A DNA stretch of 64,000 nucleotides. Origin: an uncultured Planctomycetota bacterium (lineage in GTDB: Bacteria > Planctomycetota > Planctomycetia > Isosphaerales > Isosphaeraceae). Numbering within the stretch: position 1 is the stretch's first letter; every line of letters starts with the position of its first letter. Below the pieces are notes generated by a model, which was not told where the DNA came from, did no database searches, and saw nothing but the letters and a program-made list of their open reading frames with translations. The stretch spans positions 4,224,001-4,288,000 of the forward strand of contig CAVTTN010000002.1 in NCBI GenBank assembly GCA_963737655.1. The letters run 5' to 3'. This document shows, piece after piece, positions 52,705 through 63,200 of the stretch. The translations under genes were made by a program, and so were the position numbers.

Positions 52705-54159
52705 TCACGGGGCCGAGTCGGCCGGTCCGGTCCCGGCCAGGTCCTTCGGGACAACGTAGAGGGTGAACTGGAGGGTCGTGGTCTGGCCGCCGGTCTTGAT
52801 CGTCAAAACCCGCTGGCCCTGGATATTACCGGCGATCAGGTTCTCGTTCAACCGGATCGCCAGGGTCAGCGACTTTTGGACGTTCTGCCACTCCCCCTCC
52901 TGCGAGTCGCGGCCGACCTGGAAATAGATCAGCCCCGGCTGGGTGGGCAGGGCCCGAGGAGGCCGGGGAGTGTACCCGAACCGCAGCCCGGCCAGGCCCA
53001 TCCGGAAGATCGCGTCCACCCGCTCGCTCGAACCGATCTTCATGTCGAGCTGGCCGGCCTTGGTCAGCAGGCGGATCGTCTCCTCGATGTCCAGGGGCTC
53101 TGAACCCCCACGTACATCTGCCAGACCGACTCCAGCCACGCCGGCTCCAGCGCCACCTGCATCCGCAAGCCCGCCCCGATGAACGGCCGTTCCTTGTACT
53201 CGGGCTCGATCAGGATGTTCAGCAGGGAGTCGATGTGCTGCTTGACCCGGTAGAAACAGCCGCCGAGGTCGTCGTGGTCGTACCGGGGGAGCTCCGGCGG
53301 CCTCCGGGTGGCGCCGAAGATCGAGAGCTGGCCGACCAGACGGCACATCTCCACGTAGGCGCCGAACGGATGCACCCCTTCGGCGAACGCGAGGATCCCG
53401 AGGGTCGGGTACGCCGAGTTCAGCTCCCGCAACTGCTCGAAGATCAACGGGTCGCCCTGGGCCTGGCTGTCGAAGGTGATCCCCCGGGAGACGACCTGGT
53501 TGGCCAGGGAGCTCGATCTTCTTGCCCACCCGGTCATAAACCGCCTGGAGGATGCCGGCCGACAGCGGCGACCACGCCTCGCACGCCAGGACCGGCGGGA
53601 CGTAGGTCTCGTCGAGCTCCGGGGTGGCCTCGGCCCGGGGGGACTTCACCACCCGGGCGATCGGCAGGACTTCGTAGCCGGTATGGTCCTGGTTGGAGAG
53701 CAGGAGCTTGAGGTTGGGCAGGCGGACCTTGATCGGCTGGGGGTTCACCCCGGTGTTCTCGTCCTCGATCTGGAGGGTGGTCATCCGGTAGCGGACGCCG
53801 TCGGCGGCCCCCTCGCTCGCCACGTTCGGCTTGCCCGGCGAGACCACCGGCAGGGCGAGATACGCCGTGACCGAGTTGCCCTTCTCGAAGGCCGGCTTGA
53901 GGTCCAGGGGGGCGAGGACGCCATCCTCGGGCACCCGGACCAGCGTGCCGTCCCGGAACCGGGCCTCCAGCGAGCGGACCACCAGCCGGAAATTGCCCAG
54001 GGCGTCGCGATCGACCGAGACGGCCCGGAGGCCCCAGTTGTAATGGACGTCCCACTTCGACCCCAGGGCCGCCTGCTGCTCCCAGTGGCGGGTCGAGGCG
54101 TTGAAATGGTGGGGGCGGAGGAACATCCCTTCGTGCCAGTGGACCTCTCGGCTCGTCAT
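52705..54159 (-). CDS. tssK: T6SS baseplate subunit TssK (compensating frameshifts near 53508 and 53095)
   Basis: VHWHEGMFLRPHHF, YNWG, ARFRDGT, LDETYVPP, HPFGAY.EMCRLVGQL, YDHDDLG.CF. Confidence 0.92.
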   Translation of the reverse strand: MTSREVHWHEGMFLRPHHFNASTRHWEQQAALGSKWDVHYNWGLRAVSVDRDALGNFRLVVRSLEARFRDGTLVRVPEDGVLAPLDLKPAFEKGNSVTAYLALPVVSPGKPNVASEGAADGVRYRMTTLQIEDENTGVNPQPIKVRLPNLKLLLSNQDHTGYEVLPIARVVKSPRAEATPELDETYVPPVLACEAWSPLSAGILQAVYDRVGKKIELPGQPGRLPGDHLRQPGPGRPVDLRAVAGAELGVPDPRDPRVRRRGASVRRLRGDVPSGRPALDLRRHPEAAGAPPVRPRRPRRLFLPGQAAHRLPAEHPDRARVQGTAVHRGGLADAGGAGAGVAGVGLADVRGGSEPLDIEETIRLLTKAGQLDMKIGSSERVDAIFRMGLAGLRFGYTPRPPRALPTQPGLIYFQVGRDSQEGEWQNVQKSLTLAIRLNENLIAGNIQGQRVLTIKTGGQTTTLQFTLYVVPKDLAGTGPADSAP

Positions 54160-54398
54160 GGCGGCGGAATCTCCCTCGGTCACCCGGACGGGCGCGGACC
54201 GGGCCCGTCGGCCCCTCTGGGAGAGACTATGCGGCCTGAATCGGGCCAGGGCAAGGGGTTTCTCCATTCCGGGCCGACTCGTCGCCGAGGGCGGCCCACC
54301 AGCGGATTGCGCGAACGGGTCCCGCAGGGCCGGCCCTGGCCCTCGGGGACCGGCGGAGACGGCCCGCCCCTCGGGGCGCAAGCCGACCGAGGTCCGCC

Positions 54399-55694
54399 CT
54401 AGACCAGCAGAGACCGCTTGTCCTCGGGGACTTTCTCGAACGACGAGATCTTGCCCTCGAGCTCGTCGATCTCTTCCTTCATCCGTGCGATGCATTTGTT
54501 CAAGTAGTAGAAATTCTTGGCGTCGTCGGTCATGAGGTCCATCCGGTAGCCCCGGGCCAGGGTCGGCAGGTAGACGAGGGTCCGGAATTGCCGGGCCCCG
54601 GCGAGGTACAGGTCGCTGAAGCCGATCGAGACCGAGGCGTCGGTGCTCACGCCGATGCCGACGGCCAGGGTCGTGCCGAACTGGAAGACGGTCGGGCCGA
54701 AGATCGGCGCCTTGACCGACGCCGAGAGCGAGGCCCCCACGCCGATCGCGATCCCCGCGGTCGCCTCCAGGCCGAGGAGCGTCTTGCCGTCCAGGGCGAA
54801 GGAGCAGGAGCCGGTGGCCTCGGCGCGGAACCCGACGAACGCCTCGGCCGCCAGGGCCGCCTCGATCCCCTTCAGGGCGCTCACGCTGAGCTTCGCCTGG
54901 CCCGAGGCCCTCGCCCCGGCGAAGCATTCGCCGCTGCCGGCGAGCTTCAGGGACGCCGAACCCTTCTCCCACTGGAAATTCCCGTTGACTTCGAGCAGGG
55001 CGCCGACGGCCACCGCCGCCTGGAGGCTGGCGTTGAAGCCCAGCTTCGTCATCTTCGCCGACGCCTCCCCGCTGGCCCAGGCGCCGGCCTTGAACGATTC
55101 CTCCAACGCCCCGCTGACCTTCCCCCAGTTCGCGCTGTAACCCTCGAACTTGAACGAGGCGTCCTGCTTCAGGCCGATCATCCCGTCGAACGCCGCCTTG
55201 GCCGATTTCGCGTCCCTCTGGCTCGACGCCGTGAGCTCCCGGACGCACTTGGCCTGGTATTCCGCCTGGTAGCTCAACGGGTCGCAAAGCGAGGCGTCGT
55301 GCTCCTCCATCGCCGTCTGGAGCCGGAGGAAGAACGAGGCCCCTTCCTGGTAGTCGCCCCCCTGGAGCCACATCTCCAGCCTCTCGACCATCCCCTGGGC
55401 CGAGGCCAGCTCCTCCTGCCATCCGGCCAGCCTCAGAGACGACTCGACCTTGCCCGGCTTCGTCGGTTCCTGGGGCCAGTCGCTCGGCTGGGGGAACGGC
55501 TGCTTGAAGATCAGGAAGTACTGGGCCTCGACGATCTTCCGGTTCGTCTCGCTCCCGGCCGCCTGGTAATAGGCGACGCACTTCTTGACCCGCTCCTTCT
55601 TCGAAAAGAAGAACCCGTTGTAGCCGTTGAACTTCTTGCGAACGTAGGTCTTGACGGTCTCGGGGTTCGAACTCTGGAGCTTGGTGAGGTCCAT
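54399..55694 (-). CDS. hypothetical protein with Ala/Gly-rich amphipathic beta-strand repeats; candidate T6SS effector
   Basis: 431 aa, no signal peptide, co-oriented upstream of tssK. Confidence 0.7.
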   Translation of the reverse strand: MDLTKLQSSNPETVKTYVRKKFNGYNGFFFSKKERVKKCVAYYQAAGSETNRKIVEAQYFLIFKQPFPQPSDWPQEPTKPGKVESSLRLAGWQEELASAQGMVERLEMWLQGGDYQEGASFFLRLQTAMEEHDASLCDPLSYQAEYQAKCVRELTASSQRDAKSAKAAFDGMIGLKQDASFKFEGYSANWGKVSGALEESFKAGAWASGEASAKMTKLGFNASLQAAVAVGALLEVNGNFQWEKGSASLKLAGSGECFAGARASGQAKLSVSALKGIEAALAAEAFVGFRAEATGSCSFALDGKTLLGLEATAGIAIGVGASLSASVKAPIFGPTVFQFGTTLAVGIGVSTDASVSIGFSDLYLAGARQFRTLVYLPTLARGYRMDLMTDDAKNFYYLNKCIARMKEEIDELEGKISSFEKVPEDKRSLLV

Positions 55695-55864
55695 GACACC
55701 GCCTTCCCAGGCAAGAGGACGTCCGCGTCTCCGCCGCGCGACCGTCGCGCGAACCCAGCCCGCCGACCCCCGTCGGCCGGGACGTTGCGATCCCGCGAGG
55801 TCCGGCGCGTACCCCGGGCGCGGTCAAGGATCTCGGTCGGAACCCGGGATTCGCGGCCGGGCCC

Positions 55865-56515
55865 TCAGGGCGAGATCAGCGGGCAAGGCAAGCCTAGCAT
55901 CGCTTTCCAGGCAGCCCGCTGTTCCTCGGTCAGGTTCGCCAGCTCGCGTTCCAGCAATTCCCGGCGAACCGCCTTGATGAGCTGCGTCCTCGCGGGTCCC
56001 CTGGCCGCCTCCTGGATCTCCCGGGACTTCAGGGCCGTGTCCCGGACGATCTCCGCGGCCTGGGTCCGTTGCCCGGGGGTCATGTGCAGGGCGTCCTGGA
56101 CCTCCTCCGAGTTCAGGGCCATCCCGCCGAAGCTCTGGAGCGAGATCTCGCGGAGCCGGGTCATCTGCTCGGGACGGAGGACGGCCCTGAGGTCCGCCTC
56201 GTACCGGGCGGCGGCCTTCTTCCGGGACGCCGCCAGGGCCTTCCCCCTCTCGGCGGCGGGAAGTTCCTTCGCCTCCCGGCTTCCCGCGTCGATCGCCTCG
56301 CGGGCCTTCCGGGTCGCCTCCTGGGCGGCGGCCTTCTGCTCGGGAGTCAGGGCGAATTCCGGGGCGAACCTCGGGTCCTCCGCCATCCCCGTGACGAGCA
56401 TCCCCAGCTGATACTGGGCCTGAGCGGCGGGAATGAAGGCCGCTAGGAGAGACCCCACGATGCCCGATCGAAGCAGATGGATTCGGAATCGCATCGCTCT
56501 CCTGATCGACATCAC
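55865..56515 (-). CDS. secreted helical LTxxQ-motif (Spy/CpxP-like) protein
   Basis: Signal peptide (..PAAQAQ); repeats ALTPEQK, LRPEQMTRL, MTPGQR, LTEEQRAAWK; start codon uncertain. Confidence 0.75.
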   Translation of the reverse strand: MMSIRRAMRFRIHLLRSGIVGSLLAAFIPAAQAQYQLGMLVTGMAEDPRFAPEFALTPEQKAAAQEATRKAREAIDAGSREAKELPAAERGKALAASRKKAAARYEADLRAVLRPEQMTRLREISLQSFGGMALNSEEVQDALHMTPGQRTQAAEIVRDTALKSREIQEAARGPARTQLIKAVRRELLERELANLTEEQRAAWKAMLGLPCPLISP

Positions 56516-56603
56516 TCGAACCCCCGACTCGAAGTTGAAACGACCGATTCGAACGTCTGCTTGGCTGGCCTCACCCGCTCGAGAAGCCCTTGATCGGCCA
56601 GGA

Positions 56604-57002
56604 TTATGCGACGAATTCGACGGCGATCCCCGGAAAGCGAATGAGTTCGCGATCGTTCGTCAGGAAGACGTCGCAGCGTGAACAGACGGCGGCCGCCAGA
56701 TGGATCGCGTCGGGAGTCTTGAAGGCGTACCGTGCCCGGATGTCGGTCGCCAGGTCCAGGACGTCGGCTCCCAGGGCGACGATCTCCGAAATCACACCCG
56801 CGAAGAAATCGTCGTACTCCCGTAACCTGCGCTCGTCCCCGACGCGAATGGGCCCGACCCGGCACTCCAGCCGAGTGAGGTCGCTGACTACCGCCGAAAC
56901 CGCATCGGTCGAGAGCCGCGAATCGACCAGGGCGGCGAGAATCGGGACTTGCTCGATCAGATAGATGACAGGCGCGGCGTCCAGGTAGAGCCGAACCGTC
57001 AT
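56604..57002 (-). CDS. vapC: PIN-domain toxin, VapC family
   Basis: LYLDAAPVIYLIE, LTRLEC, KTPDAIHLAAA, FLTND. Confidence 0.92.
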   Translation of the reverse strand: MTVRLYLDAAPVIYLIEQVPILAALVDSRLSTDAVSAVVSDLTRLECRVGPIRVGDERRLREYDDFFAGVISEIVALGADVLDLATDIRARYAFKTPDAIHLAAAVCSRCDVFLTNDRELIRFPGIAVEFVA

Positions 57003-57250
57003 CGCTCCCAGGCCTCTCTCTCCGCCCGAATCGAGGCATCCACGTCCTCGCGACTCGGAGGTTGATGGCCTCGAAGTCTTTGACGATCGCGGATCGCCTC
57101 CATGACGTTTCGGTAGGTGCTCGGACCCGGCGGGGTCGTCAGCGGCTCGACCACCACGCGGACCCGGCCCGGGATCATCGGCAAGGGTTCATCGAGGTTC
57201 ACGGTCTTCGAGTCGGTCAAGGTTCCCGTGACCGAGTAGGATTCTCTCAC
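56999..57250 (-). CDS. putative antitoxin
   Basis: 83 aa, ATGA overlap with vapC; VTGTL...LDEPL...GRVRVVV, SREDVDASIRAEREAWE. Confidence 0.75.
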   Translation of the reverse strand: MRESYSVTGTLTDSKTVNLDEPLPMIPGRVRVVVEPLTTPPGPSTYRNVMEAIRDRQRLRGHQPPSREDVDASIRAEREAWER

Positions 57251-57486
57251 GACCAGTCTCCTCCCGTGCGGGGTCCGCCCGATTCCAGGGTAATCGCCCG
57301 GCCCGCCACCCTCAAGGACGGACTTGCCGGGACTTCGATCGAGCGGCCCGACGCCGCTCGCCGCCCAATCTTCTTCGGGATCCGGCGAACATCCGGTCGG
57401 AGAGCGAATCCGCCCCCTTGCGGAACCCGGCGTCGGGTGAGACCGTGGAGGGCGAGGGCCGATCGGCCCGGGAGCTTCTGGATCTC

Positions 57487-58146
57487 ATGATCGCCGACCC
57501 TCCGCCCGTCCTCCGGTCCCCTTCGGACTCCTGGAAGAAGACCGAGCCCTTCGGCCTGCCGCCGGGAAGCGTCCGCGCCGTGCTCGCCCTGATCGTCTCG
57601 GCCACGATCTGGGCGTTGCTGGCGTTTCGGCCGGCGGTCGAGGTCCCGGACTCGCTCCGGGACCTCCTGTTCATCATCCTGGGGCACTACTTCGCGTCGC
57701 GGAAGCGGTCGTCGGGCGACGTGGCCTCGGGCCCTCCCCCTCTCTGGCTGCCGAAGGGGACGATCCGCCTGCTCCTGTTCGCCGGGTTCGGCGGGGTGGC
57801 CGTGCTCCTGGCCCGCCAGGGACGGCTCTCGACACCCTCGGTGAATCCGGGCGTCGTGACCCTGATGCTGGTGGCCGGGTTCTTCCTCGGAGTGGTCGCC
57901 GCGAGGCTGGGCGAGTGGTTGAAGGAGAAGGGCCACCGCGTCCCCCGGCCGATCGAGGACCTCCGCGCCTTCGTGGCCGTCGCGGCGGCGGTCGGCCTGA
58001 TGCTCCTGGTGTTCAACCGCGAGTTCGGATGGCTGATCCCGAGGCACCCGGAGCTCTTCGACGGCTCCCGGTGGACCCTCGGCCGGTACGGGCCCGAGCA
58101 TCTGTGCTCGGCGATCATCGGGTTTTACTTCGGGTCGCGGTCCTGA
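57487..58146 (+). CDS. membrane protein with an internal duplication
   Basis: PFGLPPGSVRAVL..ILGHYFASR versus PLWLPKGTIRLLL..IIGFYFGSRS; about 6 TMs. Confidence 0.75.
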   Translation: MIADPPPVLRSPSDSWKKTEPFGLPPGSVRAVLALIVSATIWALLAFRPAVEVPDSLRDLLFIILGHYFASRKRSSGDVASGPPPLWLPKGTIRLLLFAGFGGVAVLLARQGRLSTPSVNPGVVTLMLVAGFFLGVVAARLGEWLKEKGHRVPRPIEDLRAFVAVAAAVGLMLLVFNREFGWLIPRHPELFDGSRWTLGRYGPEHLCSAIIGFYFGSRS

Positions 58147-58174
58147 CCGTCGGCCCCCGGGGAGATCGGGTGGA

Positions 58175-60118
58175 ATGGTCGCCTTCGCCTCGCTGTTGAT
58201 CGCCCAGACCGCCGCCGCTCCCGCCCTCGCCTCTCCTCCCCGGCCGTTCGTGGTCCGCGTCCTCGACGACGAGACGGCCCGGGGCATCCCCATGGTCGAG
58301 CTCCGGACGATCCACCACGACCTGTTCGTGACCGACAGCGCCGGGGTCGCGGTGATCAACGAGCCCGGGCTGTTCGGCCAGGAGGTCTATTTCGGGGTCG
58401 AGGCGTTCGGCTACGTGATCCCCCCGGACAAGCAGAGGCATCGGGGGCGGACGCTCAAGGTCGTCTCGGGGGGCGAGGCGGTCCTGGCCCTCCGCCGATT
58501 CAACGTGGCCGAGAGGATCTATCGGGTCACCGGCGAGGGGATCTATCGCGATTCGGTCCTCGCCGGCATGCCGACCCCCCTCTCGCGGCCGGTCCTCGAC
58601 GCCGGGGTCCTCGGCCAGGACAAGGTCATCTCGACCCCGTTCCGGGGCAAGATCTACTGGTTCTGGGGCCACACGAACAAGCCGGGGTTCGCCGAGACCA
58701 ATCCCCACGTCACCGGCGCCACGTCCCTGCCCTTCAATCGCGGAGGGCTCGACCCCGAGGCGGGCGTGGACCTCGATTATTTCGTGGACAAGGAGGGCAC
58801 CGCCCGGCCCACCTGCCAGATGCCCGGCGAGGGGCCGACCCGGATCACCGGCCTGGCCGTCCTGCCCGACCCCTCCGCCCCCGGTCGCGAGCGCATGTTC
58901 GCCCTCTACGAGAAGAGCCGCCTGCTCTCGGGCTTCGGCAGGACGTTCTTCCAGACCTACCAGCAAGGGTTCGTCGAGTTCGACGACTCGGCCCGGGAGT
59001 TCCGCAAGGTCAAGACCCTGCCCAACGACATCCCGATCCGCCCGACCGGCCACACCTTCCACCACACGATCGCCGGCGTCGATCACGTGTACTTCGGCTC
59101 GCCGTTCCCGGTGGTCCGGGTCCGGGCGGTGCCCGAGGCCTATCTCGACCCGACGAAATACGAGGCGTTCACGCCCCTGGTCCGCGGCAGCGAGGCGGGC
59201 TCGACCAACGTGGAACGCGACCCGGCCGGCAAGGTCGTCTGGGGCTGGAAGACCGGGACCGCCCCCGCCGGCCAGGAGGTCCAGACCAAGCTCCTCGCCG
59301 CCAAGAAGCTCCGCCGCGAGGAGGTCGTGATGATGACCCGGGACGTGACCACCGGCGCCCCGGTCCAGGCCCATTCCGGCTCCATCGCCTGGAACCCCTA
59401 CCGCAAGCGATGGCTGATGGTCTTCGTCGAGGACTTCGGCGCGTCGCCGGTGGGCGAGGTCTGGTTCGCCGAGGCCGACGGCCCCCTCGGCCCCTGGGCG
59501 TTCGCCCGGAAGATCGTCAGCCACGCCGACCCCAACCGCTCTTACAGCTTCTACCACCCCGAGCACCACCCGTTCTTCGACAAGGACGGCGGCCGGTCCA
59601 TCTTCTTCGAGGCGACCTATTCCACGGCCGAATCGTCGAACAACGTGCCGACCCCTCGCTACGACTACAACCAGATCATGTACAAGCTCGACCTCGGCCG
59701 CCCCGAGGCCTCGCTCCCCGTCCCGGTCTACGAGCTGAGCGACCTGGGGACCGCCGGGCCCCTGGGGACGGCCGGGGGCGACCATCCCGAGCGCCGGGGG
59801 CGGCCCATCGCCTTCTTCGCCTTCGACGGCCCCGAGCCCGGGACTCTGCCGATCCTCCAGGAGCCCGGACCCAAAGGAGGGCAGGTCCTCCGCGTCGCCC
59901 GGCCCGACGAGAAGACGAAGGTGATCTTCCACATCCTGTCCAACGGCTCCCCCTCGCTCCCCCTGACCAGCATGCCCCTCCTGGAGTTCCTCAAGGAAGA
60001 CGGCTCGGGCGCCTACGCGGGCAACCCGCTCTGGGACGCCCCCGGATACCGCCGGACCGGCAAGGTCCTCGGCCACGTCTGGAAGAACCCGATGGGACGG
60101 ACCATCCCGGCCGATTGA
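58175..60118 (+). CDS. secreted hypothetical protein, possibly beta-propeller/glycoside-hydrolase-like
   Basis: Signal-like N-terminus, strong codon bias, KIYWFWG, SIAWNPYRKRWLMVF, GEVWFAEADGPLGPW. Confidence 0.7.
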   Translation: MVAFASLLIAQTAAAPALASPPRPFVVRVLDDETARGIPMVELRTIHHDLFVTDSAGVAVINEPGLFGQEVYFGVEAFGYVIPPDKQRHRGRTLKVVSGGEAVLALRRFNVAERIYRVTGEGIYRDSVLAGMPTPLSRPVLDAGVLGQDKVISTPFRGKIYWFWGHTNKPGFAETNPHVTGATSLPFNRGGLDPEAGVDLDYFVDKEGTARPTCQMPGEGPTRITGLAVLPDPSAPGRERMFALYEKSRLLSGFGRTFFQTYQQGFVEFDDSAREFRKVKTLPNDIPIRPTGHTFHHTIAGVDHVYFGSPFPVVRVRAVPEAYLDPTKYEAFTPLVRGSEAGSTNVERDPAGKVVWGWKTGTAPAGQEVQTKLLAAKKLRREEVVMMTRDVTTGAPVQAHSGSIAWNPYRKRWLMVFVEDFGASPVGEVWFAEADGPLGPWAFARKIVSHADPNRSYSFYHPEHHPFFDKDGGRSIFFEATYSTAESSNNVPTPRYDYNQIMYKLDLGRPEASLPVPVYELSDLGTAGPLGTAGGDHPERRGRPIAFFAFDGPEPGTLPILQEPGPKGGQVLRVARPDEKTKVIFHILSNGSPSLPLTSMPLLEFLKEDGSGAYAGNPLWDAPGYRRTGKVLGHVWKNPMGRTIPAD

Positions 60119-60214
60119 TGGATCGCCCCCCTCTCAATTTTTTTCCCCCGCGGTGAGACGGCCCATCAACGATTGACGCCATGAGGGGAAACCCCCGCAT
60201 CGGAGGAAATCCGA

Positions 60215-63200
60215 ATGGCGATCGATCCGGCCCGAGTGAAGCGTTTGTTCCAGTCCGCCCTGGACCGGCCCGACCCCGCCGCCCGCCGGGCGTTCCTCGA
60301 CGCCGAGATCGGCGACGATCCCGAGCTCCGTCGCCGCCTCGACGCCCTCCTGGACGCCCACGATCGCCCTCCCGAGGCGCTCGATCGCCCCCTGGGCGGG
60401 GGCGGGGCCGATCCCGCCACCCTCGACACCGATCCCCAGGAGACCCGCGACTTCGAGTCGCCCTCGTCCGGCCGGACCGATCCCGACGGCCCCACCATCC
60501 GCCAGGAACCGACCCGGAGGCGAGGCCCGATCGATTCGGTCATCGCCGACCGCTACAAGGTCCGCCAAATCCTCGGCGAGGGCGGGATGGGGACCGTGTA
60601 CCTCGCCGACCAGCTCCGGCCGGTCCGCCGCCAGGTGGCGTTGAAGCTGATCAAGCCGGGGATGGACTCCCGCCAGGTTTTGGCCCGGTTCGAGGGCGAG
60701 CGTCAGGCCCTCGCGCTGATGGACCACCCCAACATCGCCCGGGTCCTGGACGCCGGGACCACGGCCGAGGGCCTCCCGTTCTTCGTGATGGAGCTGGTCA
60801 AGGGCGTCCCCCTGACCCAGTATTGCGACTCCCACCGCCTGGACCTCCCGGCCCGGCTCGCCCTCTTCGGCCAGATCTGCTCGGCCGTGCAGCACGCCCA
60901 TCAGAAGGGGATCATCCACCGCGATTTGAAGCCGACGAACATCCTCGTGGAGAGCCACGACGGCAAGCCGGTGCCCAAGGTCATCGACTTCGGCCTGGCC
61001 AAGGCCACCGACGGCCTCCGGCTGACCGACCACAGCCTCTTCACCGCGTTCGGCAGCGTGGCCGGCACCCCCCTGTACATGGCGCCCGAGCAGGCCACCT
61101 TCAACGCCCTGGACATCGACACCCGGGCCGACATCTACTCCCTCGGCGTGGTCCTCTACGAGCTCCTGACCGGCAGCACGCCGATCCCCAAGGAGAGGCT
61201 GAGAAAGGCGGCCCTGGACGAGATCCTCCGCGTGATCCGCGAGGACGAGCCGGCCACGCCCAGCAGCCGGATCAGCGACTCGGCCACCCTGCCCAGCCTC
61301 GCGGCGTCCCGCCAGTCCGAGCCCGGCCGCCTGAGCCGGTTCGTCCGGGGCGACATGGACTGGATCGTCATGAAGGCCCTGGCCAAAGAACGCGGGAGGA
61401 GGTACGAGTCGGCCATCGCCCTGGCCCAGGACATCGAGCGGTTCACCAACCACGAGCCCGTGCTGGCCGGGCCGCCGACGGCCTCCTATCGGGTCCGCAA
61501 GTTCGTCCGCAGGAACCGGGGCAAGGTCGTCGCGGCCTCGGTCGTCCTGCTCGCCCTGCTCGTCGGGATCGCCGGGACGACGATCGGCCTGGTCGAGGCC
61601 CGGAGGCAACGCGGGCTGGCGATCAAAGCGGCCGACCGCGAGAAGGACGCCCGGAAGGACGAGACCCTCCAGCGCCAGGCGGCCGAGAAGCGGCTGGTGG
61701 AGGTCGAGAAGTCCAACGAGATCCTCGGCTCGATGTTCAAGGACCTGGACGCCACCGGCATGGAGGGGGACCCCCGCCCCCTGGGCGTGGTCCTGGGCGA
61801 TCGGCTCGACCAGGCCGCGGCGCGGATCCACAAGGGCTCGATCGGCGATTCCCGGGCCGTCGCCCGCCTCCTGAAGACGCTGGCCGAATCGCAGCTCGGC
61901 CTGGGCCACTCGGAGAAGGGGATCGCCCTGCTGACCAAGATCCGCGACGACCTCGCCTCGGAATTCGGACCCGAATCCCCCGAGGCCCTCCGCGCCTCGG
62001 CCGACCTGGGCAACGCCGAGTTCGTCCACGGGAGCCGCGAACGGGGCCTCCCCCTCCTGGAGCAGACGTTCAAGACGATGGAAGCGAAGCTCGGGCCCGA
62101 CGACCCGGACACCCTCCGGACCATGAGCAAGCTCGCCCTGGCCTTCACCAACGTGAGCCGCCGGGACCTCTCGGGCCCCCTGTTCGATCGGGCGGCCCGG
62201 AGGATGGAGGCCATCCTCGGGCCCGGCGACCCGGACACCCTGGAAGCCCTGATGTTCCACGGCCTCCAGGCCCCGGCCGACCAATCTCAGGCCATCCTCG
62301 AACGGGCCCTGGACCTCATGAAGGCCCATCTGGGCGACGACCACGCCCTGACCCTGGCCACCATGCGATGGCTCGCCCCCCTTTACTTCGCGACCGATCG
62401 CGCGAAGGCCGTCGCCCTGTGTGAACAGGCCCTGGAGCGTTCCACGGCGAAGCTCGGCGCGACCATTACAACACCCTGGTCTGCCTGCGCGATCTCGCCA
62501 TCGTCTACCAGCAGATCGGCCAGCCCGAGAAGGCATTCCGGCTGGATGAGGAGCGTTATCGGCTCTTCGTGGGCCGGTTCGGGGCCGATCGCCTGGACCC
62601 GATGGGGGTCGGCTCGAACGGGGCCCTGATCGCCCGCTACGAATCGACGGGCCATCCCGAGAAGGCGCTCGCCCTCCGCGAGGACCATCTCGCCCGGATG
62701 TCCGCGAAGCTGGGGGTTCAGGACCCGAAGCTCCTGGTCAACGTCAAGGACCTGATCAAGGCGTATATCGCCCAGGGGAAGCCCGAGAAGGCCGAGGCGC
62801 TGGCCGATCAGCACGCCGGGTTCGACCCGCAGAAGGACGCTCCGGACTCGCCCCGCCAGGCCCAGGCGATGCTCTGGCTGGCCGAGGCCCGTCGCGACGT
62901 CGGCAAGCCCTCGGAGGCCGAACCGCTCCTCCGCCGGGCCGTGGCCATCCTGGAGGCGAAGGAGCCCGGCTCGAGGACGACCTTCGACGCCCAATCCCTC
63001 CTGGGCGAGTCCCTCCTCCACCAGGGCAAGTACGCCGAGGCCGAACCCCTGCTCTGGGCCGGCTACGAGGGGTTCCGCAAGGCCGGGGACGAATACGAGT
63101 GGAACCGGATGGACGTCTTCCACCGGGCCCTGGACAGGCTCCTGCTCCTGGCCGACTGGACGAACAAGCCGCCGGGGCCGGCCGGGCGCTCGCTCCCCCT

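Noticed and set aside
53095..53510. Programmed ribosomal frameshifting in tssK
   Set aside because: Two compensating single-base indels in C runs with no slippery heptamer; fits the window-wide error pattern
52705..55827. 1040-aa extended TssK
   Set aside because: The upstream part is an off-frame shadow of the 54399-55694 gene; TssK motifs begin at ATG 54159
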